Shown here: in pieces, positions 30,697-41,360 of the stretch
Position numbering within the stretch: the stretch's first letter is position 1
How the letters are laid out: every line of letters begins with the position of its first letter
Assembly: GCA_963772455.1 (NCBI GenBank)
Contig: CAVYXJ010000010.1
Coordinates: 1-64,000, forward strand
Direction: 5' to 3'
DNA: 64,000 bases
Origin: Candidatus Bathyarchaeota archaeon
GTDB lineage: Archaea; Thermoproteota; Bathyarchaeia; Bathyarchaeales; Bathycorpusculaceae
Notes under the pieces: model-generated
Seen by the model: only the letters and a program-made list of their open reading frames with translations
What the model was told of the DNA's origin: nothing
Databases searched by the model: none
Position numbers and translations under genes: made by a program

Positions 30697-31986
30697 ATGT
30701 TAGATATCAAGCTTATCCGCGAAAACTCTGAACTTGTGAAGGCTAATTTAGCAAAACGTGGCAACCCCCAATGCCTGCAGATGCTCGAAGATTTGAGTAC
30801 TGTTGATAAGGAATGGCGGTTGAACCTTACTAAACTAAACGAGTTGCGGCATGATCGAAAACTAGTAACTATAGAAATCGCTAAACTCAAAAAAGCAGGC
30901 AAAGAAGCCACAAACGAATTCACTATAGCAGAAGACATCGATGTTAAAATAAAGATTATTGAAAAACAAGTAACTGAACAGGAACAGAAAATGCACGATT
31001 ACCTCTTGCGTTTGCCAAATTTGCTGAATGATTCGGTTCCTCTTGGAAAAGACTCAAACGACAATGTGCAAGTGAAAACGTGGGGAACGATCCCGCAGTT
31101 CACTTTTCCAATAAAAAACCACATTGACCTGGCATTAAACTTAGATCAAATTGACATGGAACGTGCAGGAAAAGTCTCCGGCTCAAGATTCTTCTACCTT
31201 AAAAACGAAATCGCCATGTTAGATATGGCATTGATAAGTTTTGCAATTGAAGAACTATCAAAAAAAGGGTACACTGCAGTCATTCCGCCATTGCTTATGA
31301 ACCGTGCAGCCTATGAAGGCGTCACTTCATTGGGCGACTTTGAAGAGGTTCTCTACAAAGTCGAAAACGAAGACTTGTACTTAATTGCCACCTCCGAACA
31401 TCCCATGGCCGCAATGTTCATGAACGAAACTCTAAAAGAACAAGAAATGCCTGTGAAACTCGCAGGCGTAAGTACATGTTTCCGCAAAGAAGCGGGTGCA
31501 CACGGAAAAGACACACGCGGCATCTTCCGCACTCACCAATTCAACAAAATAGAACAATTCATTTTCTGCAAACCAGAAGACTCACCAAAACTCCATGAAG
31601 AACTCCTGCAAAACGCTGAGGAACTTCTGCAGAAAATTGGTTTAGCATACCGCGTGGTTAATGTTTGCACAGGCGACATTGGCACGGTTGCAGCTAAAAA
31701 ATACGATATTGAAGCCTGGATGCCAGCGCAAAATGGCTATCGTGAAGTGGTTTCATGCAGCAACTGCACCGATTATCAAGGCAGACGCTTAGGAATCAAG
31801 TACCGCGAGAAAGAAGGCGCAGCGCCAAAAGGTTTTGTTCACACATTAAATTCAACAGCCATTGCCACAGGCAGAACCATCGTTGCGATAATAGAAAACA
31901 ATCAGTTAGCAGATGGAACAATTAATATCCCTGAAGCGTTGCGGAAATACATGGGTAACAGAGAGAAAATAGATAGAAAACGCTAA
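30697..31986 (+). CDS. serS: Serine--tRNA ligase (standard type)
   Basis: MLDIKLIREN, LIATSEHP, CFRKEAG, FRTHQFNKIE, EVVSCSNCTDYQ, HTLNSTAIA. Confidence 0.97.
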   Translation: MLDIKLIRENSELVKANLAKRGNPQCLQMLEDLSTVDKEWRLNLTKLNELRHDRKLVTIEIAKLKKAGKEATNEFTIAEDIDVKIKIIEKQVTEQEQKMHDYLLRLPNLLNDSVPLGKDSNDNVQVKTWGTIPQFTFPIKNHIDLALNLDQIDMERAGKVSGSRFFYLKNEIAMLDMALISFAIEELSKKGYTAVIPPLLMNRAAYEGVTSLGDFEEVLYKVENEDLYLIATSEHPMAAMFMNETLKEQEMPVKLAGVSTCFRKEAGAHGKDTRGIFRTHQFNKIEQFIFCKPEDSPKLHEELLQNAEELLQKIGLAYRVVNVCTGDIGTVAAKKYDIEAWMPAQNGYREVVSCSNCTDYQGRRLGIKYREKEGAAPKGFVHTLNSTAIATGRTIVAIIENNQLADGTINIPEALRKYMGNREKIDRKR

Positions 31987-32036
31987 ACCTTTTAATATTT
32001 CTATGAGAATGATGTGGCACGTTTGGAGAAATAAAT

Positions 32037-32675
32037 TTGTCTTCCAAAACAAAACACGTACGCGATAAGTGGCGAGGCAAATCCTGGTATATGGTAGTTG
32101 CGCCATCGTTCTTTGGTAACATAGAGTTAGGTTCGATACCTGCCCAAGACGAAAAAATGATGATCGGCAGAGTTGTCGAAGCAACCCTATATGACATTAC
32201 AGGTGACTTTTCTCATCATTACTTGAAAATGTTCTTCCAGATAAACGAGGTTGACGGTAAATCCGCCAAGACACTCTTTAAAGGACATGAATACTCAAGA
32301 GATTACCTTCGCAGCTTAGTTAGAAGAAGAACCACCAAAGTTGACGGATTATTCAACTTAACCACAAAAGACGGCTACAAACTCCGCATTTCAGTTTCAG
32401 CCCTTACACTTTCAAGAATAAAGACTTCACAAGAAAAAATCATTCGCACCATGATGGAAAAGACAATCAAGGAAAAAGCCCTTGCATTGACACTTGACCA
32501 ATTCGTTCAAGAAATGGTCCTTGGAAAAATCGCTTCAGACATCTACAACCAAGCCAAACTCGTAGCACCACTAAGACACGTCGGAATCAGAAAATCCAAA
32601 TTAATCGCAGCACCAGCAAAACTGCCAGAAGCACCAATAGTAGCAGAACCAGCACCAGTTGCAGCTCCAGCATAA
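32037..32675 (+). CDS. rps3ae: 30S ribosomal protein eS1 (S3Ae)
   Basis: DKW..K.WY.VVAP.FF, RDYLRSLVRRRTTKVD, PLRHVGIRKSK. Confidence 0.97.
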   Translation: MSSKTKHVRDKWRGKSWYMVVAPSFFGNIELGSIPAQDEKMMIGRVVEATLYDITGDFSHHYLKMFFQINEVDGKSAKTLFKGHEYSRDYLRSLVRRRTTKVDGLFNLTTKDGYKLRISVSALTLSRIKTSQEKIIRTMMEKTIKEKALALTLDQFVQEMVLGKIASDIYNQAKLVAPLRHVGIRKSKLIAAPAKLPEAPIVAEPAPVAAPA

Positions 32676-32768
32676 CCACAAAATTTCTTTATTTCTTATT
32701 TCTTTATTTTAACCGTAACAGTTTTAGATATCCGAATTTAGTATTTTCTAATTGGGAGAACGTAAGTT

Positions 32769-33230
32769 TTGACCAATGCTGATGTTCATGAAAAAGGAAC
32801 CTTCAATGCCCAAGACGTCATAAACAACATCAAAAAAGACCCCAACTACTCGAAAGCAGGAGCCATAGCATTATTCATTGGCGTTGTGCGAGGAGAAACT
32901 TTTGAAAATGAAAAAGTTGAAAAACTCATCATCGAAGGATATGAGGAAAAAGCTAAAGAAGTTTTAACAAAAATAAGCAACGATTTGGTTCAAAAACACG
33001 GAATAGTTAATGTTCAAATTCACCATTTGCTGGGCAAATTCAACGTAGGCGACGACTTAGTTTACGTGGCTGTTGCAGGAGCTCACAGAACCGACGTTTT
33101 TCCTGTGCTCAGGGAAGCCGTTGAAAGGTACAAGAGTGAAGCCCCCGTTTTCAAAAAAGAATGCATAACCGACAAAAAAGGCTCACCTTCGGAGTATTGG
33201 GTTTCTGAGAAAGAAGGACACGATCATTAG
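32769..33230 (+). CDS. moaE: Molybdopterin synthase catalytic subunit
   Basis: AGAIALFIGVVR, HLLG.F.VGD..V.VAVAGAHR, K..APVFKKE. Confidence 0.92.
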   Translation: MTNADVHEKGTFNAQDVINNIKKDPNYSKAGAIALFIGVVRGETFENEKVEKLIIEGYEEKAKEVLTKISNDLVQKHGIVNVQIHHLLGKFNVGDDLVYVAVAGAHRTDVFPVLREAVERYKSEAPVFKKECITDKKGSPSEYWVSEKEGHDH

Positions 33231-33247
33231 TATTTTGGTGAACTATT

Positions 33248-34165
33248 GTGATTGCGGCTTTAGCTGGTGGAGTAGGAGCAGCCAGATTTCTAACAGGCTT
33301 AATAAAAATTGTCAATGAAGAAGATTTATCGGTTATCGTGAACACAGGCGATGACATAGAACTATTTGGGCTACACATTTCACCCGACATCGATATTGTC
33401 ACTTATACGTTGGCTGGAATTGTTGACGAAGCTAAGGGGTGGGGAGTTTTGGGTGATACGTTCCGATGCCTTGAAATGCTCAAAGCCCATGGATTGGACA
33501 CATGGTTTGGCTTGGGCGATAGAGATTTAGCAACCCATCTTTACCGAACAGAAGGTTTAAAAAAAGGGTACACACTGACGCAAATTTCCAAAGAGATTTC
33601 AAGCGTTTTAGGTGTTAAAACCAACATTTTACCCATGACTGATGACTTCTTCGAAACGAGGGTGAGAACAAGAGAAGGCTCAATTCATTTTGAAGAATAT
33701 TTTGTTCGAAAGCAAGCAAAAGATGAGGTTTTAGGCGTTGAGTTTATGGGTGCTACGACTGCAAAACCTGCACCAGGAGTTTTGAATGCAATATTAAATG
33801 CAGAAACTGTTGTTGTTTGTCCAAGCAACCCCATTGTCAGCATTGGAACTATTTTGGCGGTTGAAGGGGTGAGAGATGCTTTGAAGCGAACTAATGCAAA
33901 GGTAATAGGGATTAGCCCTATTGTTGCTGGCACAACCATTAAGGGTCCTGCAGACAAGATGTTGCGTGGATTAGGCATTGAAGTTTCAGCGTATGGTGTT
34001 GCAAAAATCTATTCTGATTTTCTCGATGTTTTTATCATAGATACTAAAGATGCTGGATCGAAAAGCAGAGTTGAAAAACTTGGAATCAAAGTGAAAGTGA
34101 CTAATACTGTGATGACGAGTTTAGAAGATAAGATTGCGTTGGCGAAGGCTGTTTTTGAAAATTAA
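33248..34165 (+). CDS. cofD: 2-phospho-L-lactate transferase (F420 biosynthesis)
   Basis: LAGGVGAARFL, VNTGDD, SPDID..YTL, LGDRDLATH, HFEEYFV, PSNPIVSI, KGPA. Confidence 0.95.
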   Translation: MIAALAGGVGAARFLTGLIKIVNEEDLSVIVNTGDDIELFGLHISPDIDIVTYTLAGIVDEAKGWGVLGDTFRCLEMLKAHGLDTWFGLGDRDLATHLYRTEGLKKGYTLTQISKEISSVLGVKTNILPMTDDFFETRVRTREGSIHFEEYFVRKQAKDEVLGVEFMGATTAKPAPGVLNAILNAETVVVCPSNPIVSIGTILAVEGVRDALKRTNAKVIGISPIVAGTTIKGPADKMLRGLGIEVSAYGVAKIYSDFLDVFIIDTKDAGSKSRVEKLGIKVKVTNTVMTSLEDKIALAKAVFEN

Positions 34166-34488
34166 TTATCTAAATAAACTATAACGATATCTATAGATTA
34201 TGAAGATATTCTAAATATAACATAGTAACCTAAGTGTTTTTGTCTTTCAGCCAAAATGATGAATTGTTTGAGGGAAAATTATTGAAAAGAAAAACAAATA
34301 GTAAAAAGCTAACAAAAGTTGAAAAAGCCGATTTTTTGGATTGGCTCTTAGCGATTGATGTTTGCTTAATCTGAAAAGAAAAGTTTGAAAGAAAAAACAC
34401 ATGTGTAAAAGTGTTAGTGAAAGTCATATTAAGAGAAGGGTTATATTTGCAAATGGGAATAATTAGTTAATACTTGGAGATGCTGTGA

Positions 34489-35157
34489 GTGGAGAAAAAA
34501 AGTTACGATTGGTTTGAGCAACGCCGCAAAACCAGAGGATTAGAATTGGCTCACGATCAAATAACTAAGGCTTTTGATACAGTTACGTGGCTGCATAAAG
34601 CAACCAAAAGTTTTGCTGAGAATAATGTTAAGGAATCCCAGAAGTACATTGAAAACCTCTACAAAGCAGAAGAGGAAGTTGACTTGCTTAGAACAGATGT
34701 TTTCATGGAGTTATCTAAGGGAGCAGCATTAGTCGCTGATTACCGTGAAGACCTCTTGCACTTGGTTAAACGCCTAGATACGTTAGCTGACCACACCAAA
34801 GATGCAGCCCGATGCATTGAAATGTTAGGTGACGCTGAAATTCCTCAGGAGCTTTCTCAAAAGACTGTTTTTATGACGGGAAAGCTTGTTGAAATAGCTC
34901 AAGCCTTAAGAGGTAGCATAGAAAAAATCTCATCTAACCCTAACGAAGCCATAAAAGAAGCCAAAGCAGTTGGAGAAATAGAGCATTCAATTGATGTTGA
35001 ATATCTCAAAGCCAAAAGCCTATTCGTTAAATACGGTGCAAACATCAACTGCGGAGCCATGGTAATTTTTGATGACTTAGTTGAATTCATCGAACAAGCT
35101 GCAGATATGTGCGCTGATACAGCAGACTACATCATTGTTCTCTCAAGTAGAGAATAA
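34489..35157 (+). CDS. DUF47 / PhoU-like phosphate transport regulator family
   Basis: EEEVDLLR, REDLLHLVKRLDTLAD, EH.ID, IEQAADMCAD. Confidence 0.85.
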   Translation: MEKKSYDWFEQRRKTRGLELAHDQITKAFDTVTWLHKATKSFAENNVKESQKYIENLYKAEEEVDLLRTDVFMELSKGAALVADYREDLLHLVKRLDTLADHTKDAARCIEMLGDAEIPQELSQKTVFMTGKLVEIAQALRGSIEKISSNPNEAIKEAKAVGEIEHSIDVEYLKAKSLFVKYGANINCGAMVIFDDLVEFIEQAADMCADTADYIIVLSSRE

Positions 35158-35380
35158 TTAACAATCTTCCTTTTAATGAAGCAATCATTGGAACATGCTG
35201 ACGGTAGTTTGTTTGCAAAACTTTTTATTTTTTAATGGCAGAGTTGCATTTTTGAAGAATTAAGAAATAGTAATTCAGAATTTAACAAAATAGCCAGCGA
35301 AATCTGAGAAATTAACTCTATAGACACATTCTAAGCGAGCATGAATCACCCAACGGAAAAGAGTATTTTAGAGGTATAGT

Positions 35381-35458
35381 TGGTGCTCCGGCCGGGATTC
35401 GGACCCGGGTCGCCGACTCGAAAGGCCAGTATACTTGACCGGACTATACTACCGGAGC
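35381..35458 (-). tRNA. tRNA-Glu(TTC), encoded CCA
   Basis: GCTCCGG/CCGGAGC acceptor stem; anticodon loop CTTTCGA; atypical T-loop TCCGAAT. Confidence 0.9.
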
Positions 35459-35537
35459 GCTTTTTACAATAAAGCATCAACCAGAATGTTTTTTCCCTCG
35501 AATAAACCTTACCCTTCTATAACCATACTTCAGTTAA

Positions 35538-36047
35538 CTATCTTGTTGGCTTGGGTTTTTTTGGAGTAAACAAATGGGCAGTTATTTGCTCGACAAGTTT
35601 AGTTTGTGTGACCGATATCTTTTCCAGGTCTTGGATTCTTTTTTCGAGATCGTTTGACATAATTTTACCTTCAATGCGGTTTGCGCTACGGAACATAAGT
35701 AACATCTTGAAAACTTCATCGATGGCTCTTTGCTGTTCCTCGGAAGACGCAGGTTTTGTACCGGCGATGACGGATAAAAGCTCAACGTAATGCTCTTTGA
35801 TTTTTAGTTCAGCATTTACTGAAGGGTCAGTTGGGAACGCAATGCTCAATGGAGTCTTTTTTGAAAGTTCAGCAGCCGTTGGGAAACGGATGATTATGTC
35901 TCCTCGAATCCATGAAGAAATAAACTCTGAAACAAAGCGGTGAATATCTTTTTCTGAATAGAGCAAAGATGACTCCGGCTTTGGCTCAGGTTTTCTTTTG
36001 ATTCGTACACTTATTATTTTTTTGTCGTCTGCATTATCCTTGAACAT
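35538..36047 (-). CDS. Hypothetical protein with C-terminal coiled coil
   Basis: 169-aa ORF; DLEKRIQDLEK heptads. Confidence 0.55.
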   Translation of the reverse strand: MFKDNADDKKIISVRIKRKPEPKPESSLLYSEKDIHRFVSEFISSWIRGDIIIRFPTAAELSKKTPLSIAFPTDPSVNAELKIKEHYVELLSVIAGTKPASSEEQQRAIDEVFKMLLMFRSANRIEGKIMSNDLEKRIQDLEKISVTQTKLVEQITAHLFTPKKPKPTR

Positions 36048-36132
36048 TTAGTTCCCTTCTATACGTTGTCTAATCGTTCTCTGTTTGTTTGCTTAAGCAA
36101 CACCTAGTATTTAAGAAAAAGATTATTTTAGT

Positions 36133-37413
36133 TTAGAAAGAAATTTTTGCTCCTGAAGGAATCTTGCCCAAAATCTTCGCCGTTGCTTTCTCCACCTTTG
36201 TCCTGTCTGCTTCCGAAGTGTAGACGCGCAGGATATTCATGAAACCTTTGAGGGTTTCAAAAATCTTGGAGCTTTCACTTAACCGCTCAAGCTTCTTTTC
36301 GCCACCTGGGCTTCTTGTGAAGACTGGAATTTCCGTTGATTCCATGAGTACTGCATGGTGATAGGGTACAGATGGCACCGTTGGCACATCAATTATAACA
36401 GAATCTAACTCGACTCCTGCCTCTCTGGCGATTTCACTCTGCACCTGCCGCCTGTACGTTTCGCGACCGAATAAATTGGATATCATGGCGTCTTTCTCGT
36501 AGAAAGTCCGTTCGTAAGCGCATTTGAGCATGCGCCGATTTTCCAAGTTGCTAATGATTTCGTTGGATGCTTTGCATTTTCTGAGTGCTGCCCATACAGT
36601 GTAATCGTCCAGCGCCATGTATTCTTCAGGTGTTTTGAAGGCGGTTAATCCCAATTCTTGGTTTGCTTTATCCATAGCGGTTGCTAGCATGATTTGTGCG
36701 GCTCTTCCAACACGATGGAAATAAATACTTTTAAATGATTCAATTCTTGCAATAACGAAAGCTTCTAAAGCGGACAACGCCCCTAATTCGACGGCTAAGT
36801 TTTCGCCCAATACATCAAGTGCATGAATTAGGCGGTAAACATCTATGAAACCATATTCGGCGCCCGTATGATAAGTATCTCGTACTATGAAGTCTTGTTT
36901 GTCAACGTCCACGGCGCTGCTTATTATTTGATCTAGGAACGCCCGATCTTTTTTATGCAACCTCCCCACAGCTAACCCGGCGACTTCCTTTGAGTTAAAG
37001 CCCATCTTGGATAATTTTTCGCTGACTTCACTCTTTTCTATAATCCATGACGTGATATCTTCGTGGGTTTTTTCAAGGTCCTTGATTAACAGTTGCTCAA
37101 AGACATGTGAGAAAGGTCCATGTCCACAATCGTGCAGGAGCGCCGAAATCCGGCACATATCCACTTCTTCATCGTTGACAATGCGTGAAATATTCGGGTT
37201 TTCCAAAACATGACCAGCAAGGTACATTACCCCTAGGCAATGTTCAAAGCGTGTGTGGTTAGCACCCGGATAAACGTATTCTGAGCCTGCCAACTGCCTT
37301 AGCCTACGTAGTCGCTGCATTGGATAAGTATCGATGACGTTTTTTTCTGCTTCAGTAATGTACACGTAGCCGTGTACAGGATCTTTAATTTCTCCCCAGT
37401 AAGCCTTGGGCAC
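36133..37413 (-). CDS. HD-domain phosphohydrolase (SAMHD1/dNTPase-like)
   Basis: IKDPVHGY, QRLRRLRQL, HTRFEHCLG, LLHDCGHGPFSH, DVDKQDFIVRD, IYFHR. Confidence 0.92.
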   Translation of the reverse strand: MPKAYWGEIKDPVHGYVYITEAEKNVIDTYPMQRLRRLRQLAGSEYVYPGANHTRFEHCLGVMYLAGHVLENPNISRIVNDEEVDMCRISALLHDCGHGPFSHVFEQLLIKDLEKTHEDITSWIIEKSEVSEKLSKMGFNSKEVAGLAVGRLHKKDRAFLDQIISSAVDVDKQDFIVRDTYHTGAEYGFIDVYRLIHALDVLGENLAVELGALSALEAFVIARIESFKSIYFHRVGRAAQIMLATAMDKANQELGLTAFKTPEEYMALDDYTVWAALRKCKASNEIISNLENRRMLKCAYERTFYEKDAMISNLFGRETYRRQVQSEIAREAGVELDSVIIDVPTVPSVPYHHAVLMESTEIPVFTRSPGGEKKLERLSESSKIFETLKGFMNILRVYTSEADRTKVEKATAKILGKIPSGAKISF

Positions 37414-37483
37414 ACACTCAGCCTCACAGTCGGTTAGTTATATTTATGTAACTTCCTATAATGTGTAACGCTAACTAGCTGAG

Positions 37484-38104
37484 TTGACAAATATGGGTAA
37501 GAAAGGCATCTTCATAGTAATCGAAGGTTTAGATGGAAGCGGAAAAACTACCCAGGCAAAATTCCTTTCAAAAAAACTCGAGAAAACTCACAAAGTACTA
37601 ATAACTGCAGAGCCCAGCCTCGGAAAAATCGGAACCTTCATCCGTGAAGATTGTCTATATGAAAACAAACGTTTACTAACCGAAGCAGAAGCCCTTCTTT
37701 TCGCCGCAGACCGCATCGAACACATGTACAGTGAAGTAAAACCGGCTTTGGAAGATGGAAAGCTGGTGATATGCGACCGCTATATCTACTCATCTTTGGC
37801 TTACCAGGGCAGTGCAGGTTTAAGTTTGGATTGGATAAAAACAATCAATGCACGCGCTCTGCAACCTGATTTCAGCATTTTTATCGATGTGTCTCCAGAG
37901 AAAGTAATTGAACGTTTGAAGCGAAAAAAGTCCGTTATGGAAACCCTTGAGACACAACAGAAAGTAAGGGAAGTTTACCTCAAATACGTAGAGAAGGGTG
38001 AGCTCATCCGAATTAATGGAGACAATCCTAAGGATGTCGTATCAGAGGAGTTGTATGCAAAGGTTTCGACTTTACTCAAGAGCGCTAAGAGTTTTGTTTC
38101 CTAA
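37484..38104 (+). CDS. tmk: Thymidylate kinase
   Basis: IEGLDGSGKTTQ, LLFAADR, CDRYIYSSLAYQ. Confidence 0.96.
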   Translation: MTNMGKKGIFIVIEGLDGSGKTTQAKFLSKKLEKTHKVLITAEPSLGKIGTFIREDCLYENKRLLTEAEALLFAADRIEHMYSEVKPALEDGKLVICDRYIYSSLAYQGSAGLSLDWIKTINARALQPDFSIFIDVSPEKVIERLKRKKSVMETLETQQKVREVYLKYVEKGELIRINGDNPKDVVSEELYAKVSTLLKSAKSFVS

Positions 38105-38203
38105 TTAAGTTTCAACCACGTTAAACTGGCAATTAGGCATCATATTTTACCTAAAAATAAGCGGACCCTCTAAGAATTAAATTTTAAAACGAAAATGAAA
38201 GGG

Positions 38204-39316
38204 TCAGTCTTCTCTCCATTTGAACAGTTTCACTGCCAATACGAAGATAACCACTGTAATAATCCCCAGAACCGCAATGTCGATTGCTGCCCCATTAACG
38301 TTTCCGTAGACCATGGCGTTGTTTAAGCCTTCTGTAACGTAAAATAGTGGCAGGACATGGGCGAACGTTTGCAGGTATTGTGGCATGCTGCTGATTGGGA
38401 AGAAGGTACCTGCGAGGAACATCATGGGGAACGTTACGATGTTGCCTATGACACCTGCGGTTTCAGGGTTCTTTGTCACTGTACCAACTAGCATACCTAA
38501 TGCTGCAAAAAGCATTGGACCCAAGACCAAAAAGGGAATTAACCATGGCGTTATCGCAACGTGTGCATCGAAAGCAAAGATTCCCACGCCAACCATCAAC
38601 AAAAAGCCAGCGATCGTCAAAACAATATACCATATCATTTTGGAAGCTAGCCACTCCATTTTTGTGAGCGGTGTAAGAGAAAGTTGCTTGAACAACTTTG
38701 TCTTCTTGTATTCTGAAGAAATGTTGACTAAAGAGAACATGGGGCTTGTGAGTATTGAGAACCCAATTAAGCCTGGAATCAAGAAGTCAATATATTTTGT
38801 CTGCTGAGTATTCACGGTTGCAGATGTTAAGCCTATCACCGATGTGCCGTTGAAGCGTTGGAGATTGAAGTAATTGGCGTATCCACCAACCGTTCCGGCT
38901 ACGATACCACTTGTGCTTGAAGTTGGGTTACCATAAACTGTAATGTTTACTTGCTGGCTTATTGCATAGTCTAAGGTGAAGTTCTTAGGAATCAGTATGC
39001 CATCAGAAGCTGAATGATCCGCCAGGTACTTTGTAAAATTCTCAGAAGTATCTACCGTTATCACCGTTATTGTACTGGATTTGTTAAGTGCTTCAAGAAA
39101 ACCTGTTCCAAGATTTTGTCCTGAGGGAAATGGTCCTGTATCAAGATTTTGAGCATAGACATTTACAGTTCCAGCACTACCTCCAGCGAAGATTGCCCCG
39201 AAAATCAAAATCAAGATTACTGGAAAGACCAAGCCGAAGAATAACCCAAACTTGTTTCTAAGGTATCCGCGGCTGAAGACTTTGAAGTCAGAGTATATTC
39301 GTTTTCCACTTACCAT
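38204..39316 (-). CDS. ABC-2 type exporter permease
   Basis: FFGLVFP, YIDFLIPG, PMMFLAGTFFP, LPL.Y. Confidence 0.9.
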   Translation of the reverse strand: MVSGKRIYSDFKVFSRGYLRNKFGLFFGLVFPVILILIFGAIFAGGSAGTVNVYAQNLDTGPFPSGQNLGTGFLEALNKSSTITVITVDTSENFTKYLADHSASDGILIPKNFTLDYAISQQVNITVYGNPTSSTSGIVAGTVGGYANYFNLQRFNGTSVIGLTSATVNTQQTKYIDFLIPGLIGFSILTSPMFSLVNISSEYKKTKLFKQLSLTPLTKMEWLASKMIWYIVLTIAGFLLMVGVGIFAFDAHVAITPWLIPFLVLGPMLFAALGMLVGTVTKNPETAGVIGNIVTFPMMFLAGTFFPISSMPQYLQTFAHVLPLFYVTEGLNNAMVYGNVNGAAIDIAVLGIITVVIFVLAVKLFKWRED

Positions 39317-39318
39317 CT

Positions 39319-40278
39319 TTAGCGCCTCCGTTTCTTGCCGGTTTTCTTTTCGGATGTTGCTTCTCCTTGTTCACCGACCGGTTCGTTAACGAGTTTAACA
39401 AAAACATCGTCTAAACTGTCTTGTCGAGTTTGGATATCGCCCCATTCCAAACCTGATTGCTCAGCAGCCGCCAACGCCGCGAGTGCATCAATTTTCTTCT
39501 TCAACGGTATGGTTACTTCACCTTTGGCTTTGTCGTAGTCGACTTGCAAATCAGTGTTTGACCTTATGTAGTCGGCTAGTTTCTCGCTTCCATGAATCTC
39601 TAAGCGTTCTCCTGAGCCATGCTGTTGAATGATTTCTTCAGTAGTTCCCATGGCTACTATGTGACCGTGGTCCATGATTGCTACTCGGTCAGCGAGTTGC
39701 TGCGCCTCGTCAAGGTAATGGGTGGTTAAAATGATAGTTTTTCCTTTAGCCTTTAATCCGCGTATTACTTCCCAAATCGCTCTTCTTGCGTTTGGGTCCA
39801 ATCCTGTAGTGGGTTCATCGAGGAAGAGTAATTCAGGCGAATTTACCAATGATAGGGCAAGACCAGTTTTTTGTTTCTGTCCCCCTGATAAGCTGTCGAA
39901 ATTAACTTTGGCGGATTCACTTAGTAAAACTTCCTTCAAAATCTCATCTGGATTAACTTTTACGTTGAATAGATCAGCGTAATAGATGATAGCTTCTCTA
40001 GGAGTGGTTTTCTCAAAGAATGTAAATTCTTGCGGAATAACCCCGATTTTCTTGTGAAGCTCATAACCATTTTTCCATGGGTCAAAACCGAGAACTTTCA
40101 CGTCTCCGCCATCTCTTTCACGCAAACCCTCCATTATTTCTATTGTTGTAGTTTTGCCTGCGCCGTTTGGACCAAGTAGTCCGAAGACTTCACCTTGGTT
40201 AACTTTGAAGGAGATACAATCTACTGCTTTTAAATCGCCGTAGTTCTTTTTTAGGGATGATACTTCAATCGAGGACAA
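39319..40278 (-). CDS. ABC transporter ATP-binding protein
   Basis: GPNGAGKTT, LSGGQ, FLDEPTTGLD, TTH. Confidence 0.95.
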   Translation of the reverse strand: MSSIEVSSLKKNYGDLKAVDCISFKVNQGEVFGLLGPNGAGKTTTIEIMEGLRERDGGDVKVLGFDPWKNGYELHKKIGVIPQEFTFFEKTTPREAIIYYADLFNVKVNPDEILKEVLLSESAKVNFDSLSGGQKQKTGLALSLVNSPELLFLDEPTTGLDPNARRAIWEVIRGLKAKGKTIILTTHYLDEAQQLADRVAIMDHGHIVAMGTTEEIIQQHGSGERLEIHGSEKLADYIRSNTDLQVDYDKAKGEVTIPLKKKIDALAALAAAEQSGLEWGDIQTRQDSLDDVFVKLVNEPVGEQGEATSEKKTGKKRRR

Positions 40279-40381
40279 ACCATGATAGCTCCATTTAGCT
40301 TGTAAGATGCAGTCTTTTCTAAATTATAACCTGCAAGAAATATAACTTTCGGCGATGAAATAGGTATTAATTGGTTTTTTC

Positions 40382-40918
40382 TCAGCCATGGCTGACTTTC
40401 TTGAGAGCTTTCTTATTTTTACTACTTGGCGTTTCATTTATTTTATTAAAAATAAACGCAGTCAACTCTTCTGGCGAAATATATCTGGGTCCACGTTCGT
40501 GAAAAACCTGAACCTCAAAAATATCTTTGCTAAAGACAGTTCTCAGCATATAATAATCAAACTTTAAAGGAGACCTGTTTTCACCTGAGCCCTTGTAATA
40601 ACGAATGGAACAGAAAAAATCTATCGAAGGCAAAGTCTCTTTTGCCAAAAACTTGGTTGTTTTTTTGAGTATCTCGTTATCAATATAATTGAAATCCCCT
40701 GATTCCGCTATTCCAAACTCGAAAATTATGGTGCCCTGCGGTACAGTTGGGTTGGCGACTTCTTCAAAAGTAAATTCATTGCGGTTTACCTTATGTAAAA
40801 CCTGGATTAGTTTTTGCTGAAGTTGCTTGTTTGTGAGTGTTGAAGTGAAACTGTCAATTCTGTGGATATTTGAGGGGAAATTCTGGTAAGAACCTAAAGT
40901 CAAATTAGTCGGACTCAA
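40382..40918 (-). CDS. Hypothetical protein
   Basis: 178-aa ORF coupled to the upstream gene by a TTGA overlap. Confidence 0.6.
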   Translation of the reverse strand: MSPTNLTLGSYQNFPSNIHRIDSFTSTLTNKQLQQKLIQVLHKVNRNEFTFEEVANPTVPQGTIIFEFGIAESGDFNYIDNEILKKTTKFLAKETLPSIDFFCSIRYYKGSGENRSPLKFDYYMLRTVFSKDIFEVQVFHERGPRYISPEELTAFIFNKINETPSSKNKKALKKVSHG

Positions 40919-41283
40919 ATTTTCTTCATTTGCTTAATTTTTTCTACGCTGTTTAGCAGTTCCGACAATGCACAGGTTAGTTTTTGCAATTCGTCCATGT
41001 CTTCGGTTTTTTCAATCTTGCCCTGTATGCTTTGTATCTTATTCGTCAAGGTTGTTTCAAGTTTATCGAATGATGTGGTGGCAACCTCGGCTTGTTTGGG
41101 TGCTTCTTCACCTTCTTTAACAAATATCACTTTCTTGTCGTCTTTTGCGCACCAAAGAGTACCGTCTTTTAGCCTAAAGAGTGGGGATGAGCAAGCTGGG
41201 CATGAGAGATCCGTTAAAGTTGCACCTTGCACCAGCAAGTTTGCCCCTCTTTTAACAGATGAGTTATCTGGTTTTTGTTGCAT
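40915..41283 (-). CDS. UPF0148 / SSSCA1-like Zn-ribbon protein
   Basis: LLVQGATLTDLSCPACSSPLF..G..WC. Confidence 0.85.
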   Translation of the reverse strand: MQQKPDNSSVKRGANLLVQGATLTDLSCPACSSPLFRLKDGTLWCAKDDKKVIFVKEGEEAPKQAEVATTSFDKLETTLTNKIQSIQGKIEKTEDMDELQKLTCALSELLNSVEKIKQMKKI

Positions 41284-41360
41284 TTAGAACCCCAAAGTAA
41301 ATACATATCAATGCTTATATAACTTGGTCACTGCCAAAGTGCATTAAAGGGGAATATTTT

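Noticed and set aside
34256-34374. C/D box sRNA (ATGATGA ... CTGA)
   Set aside because: About 120 nt is too long, there is no convincing D'/C' pair or terminal stem, and the background is AT-rich.
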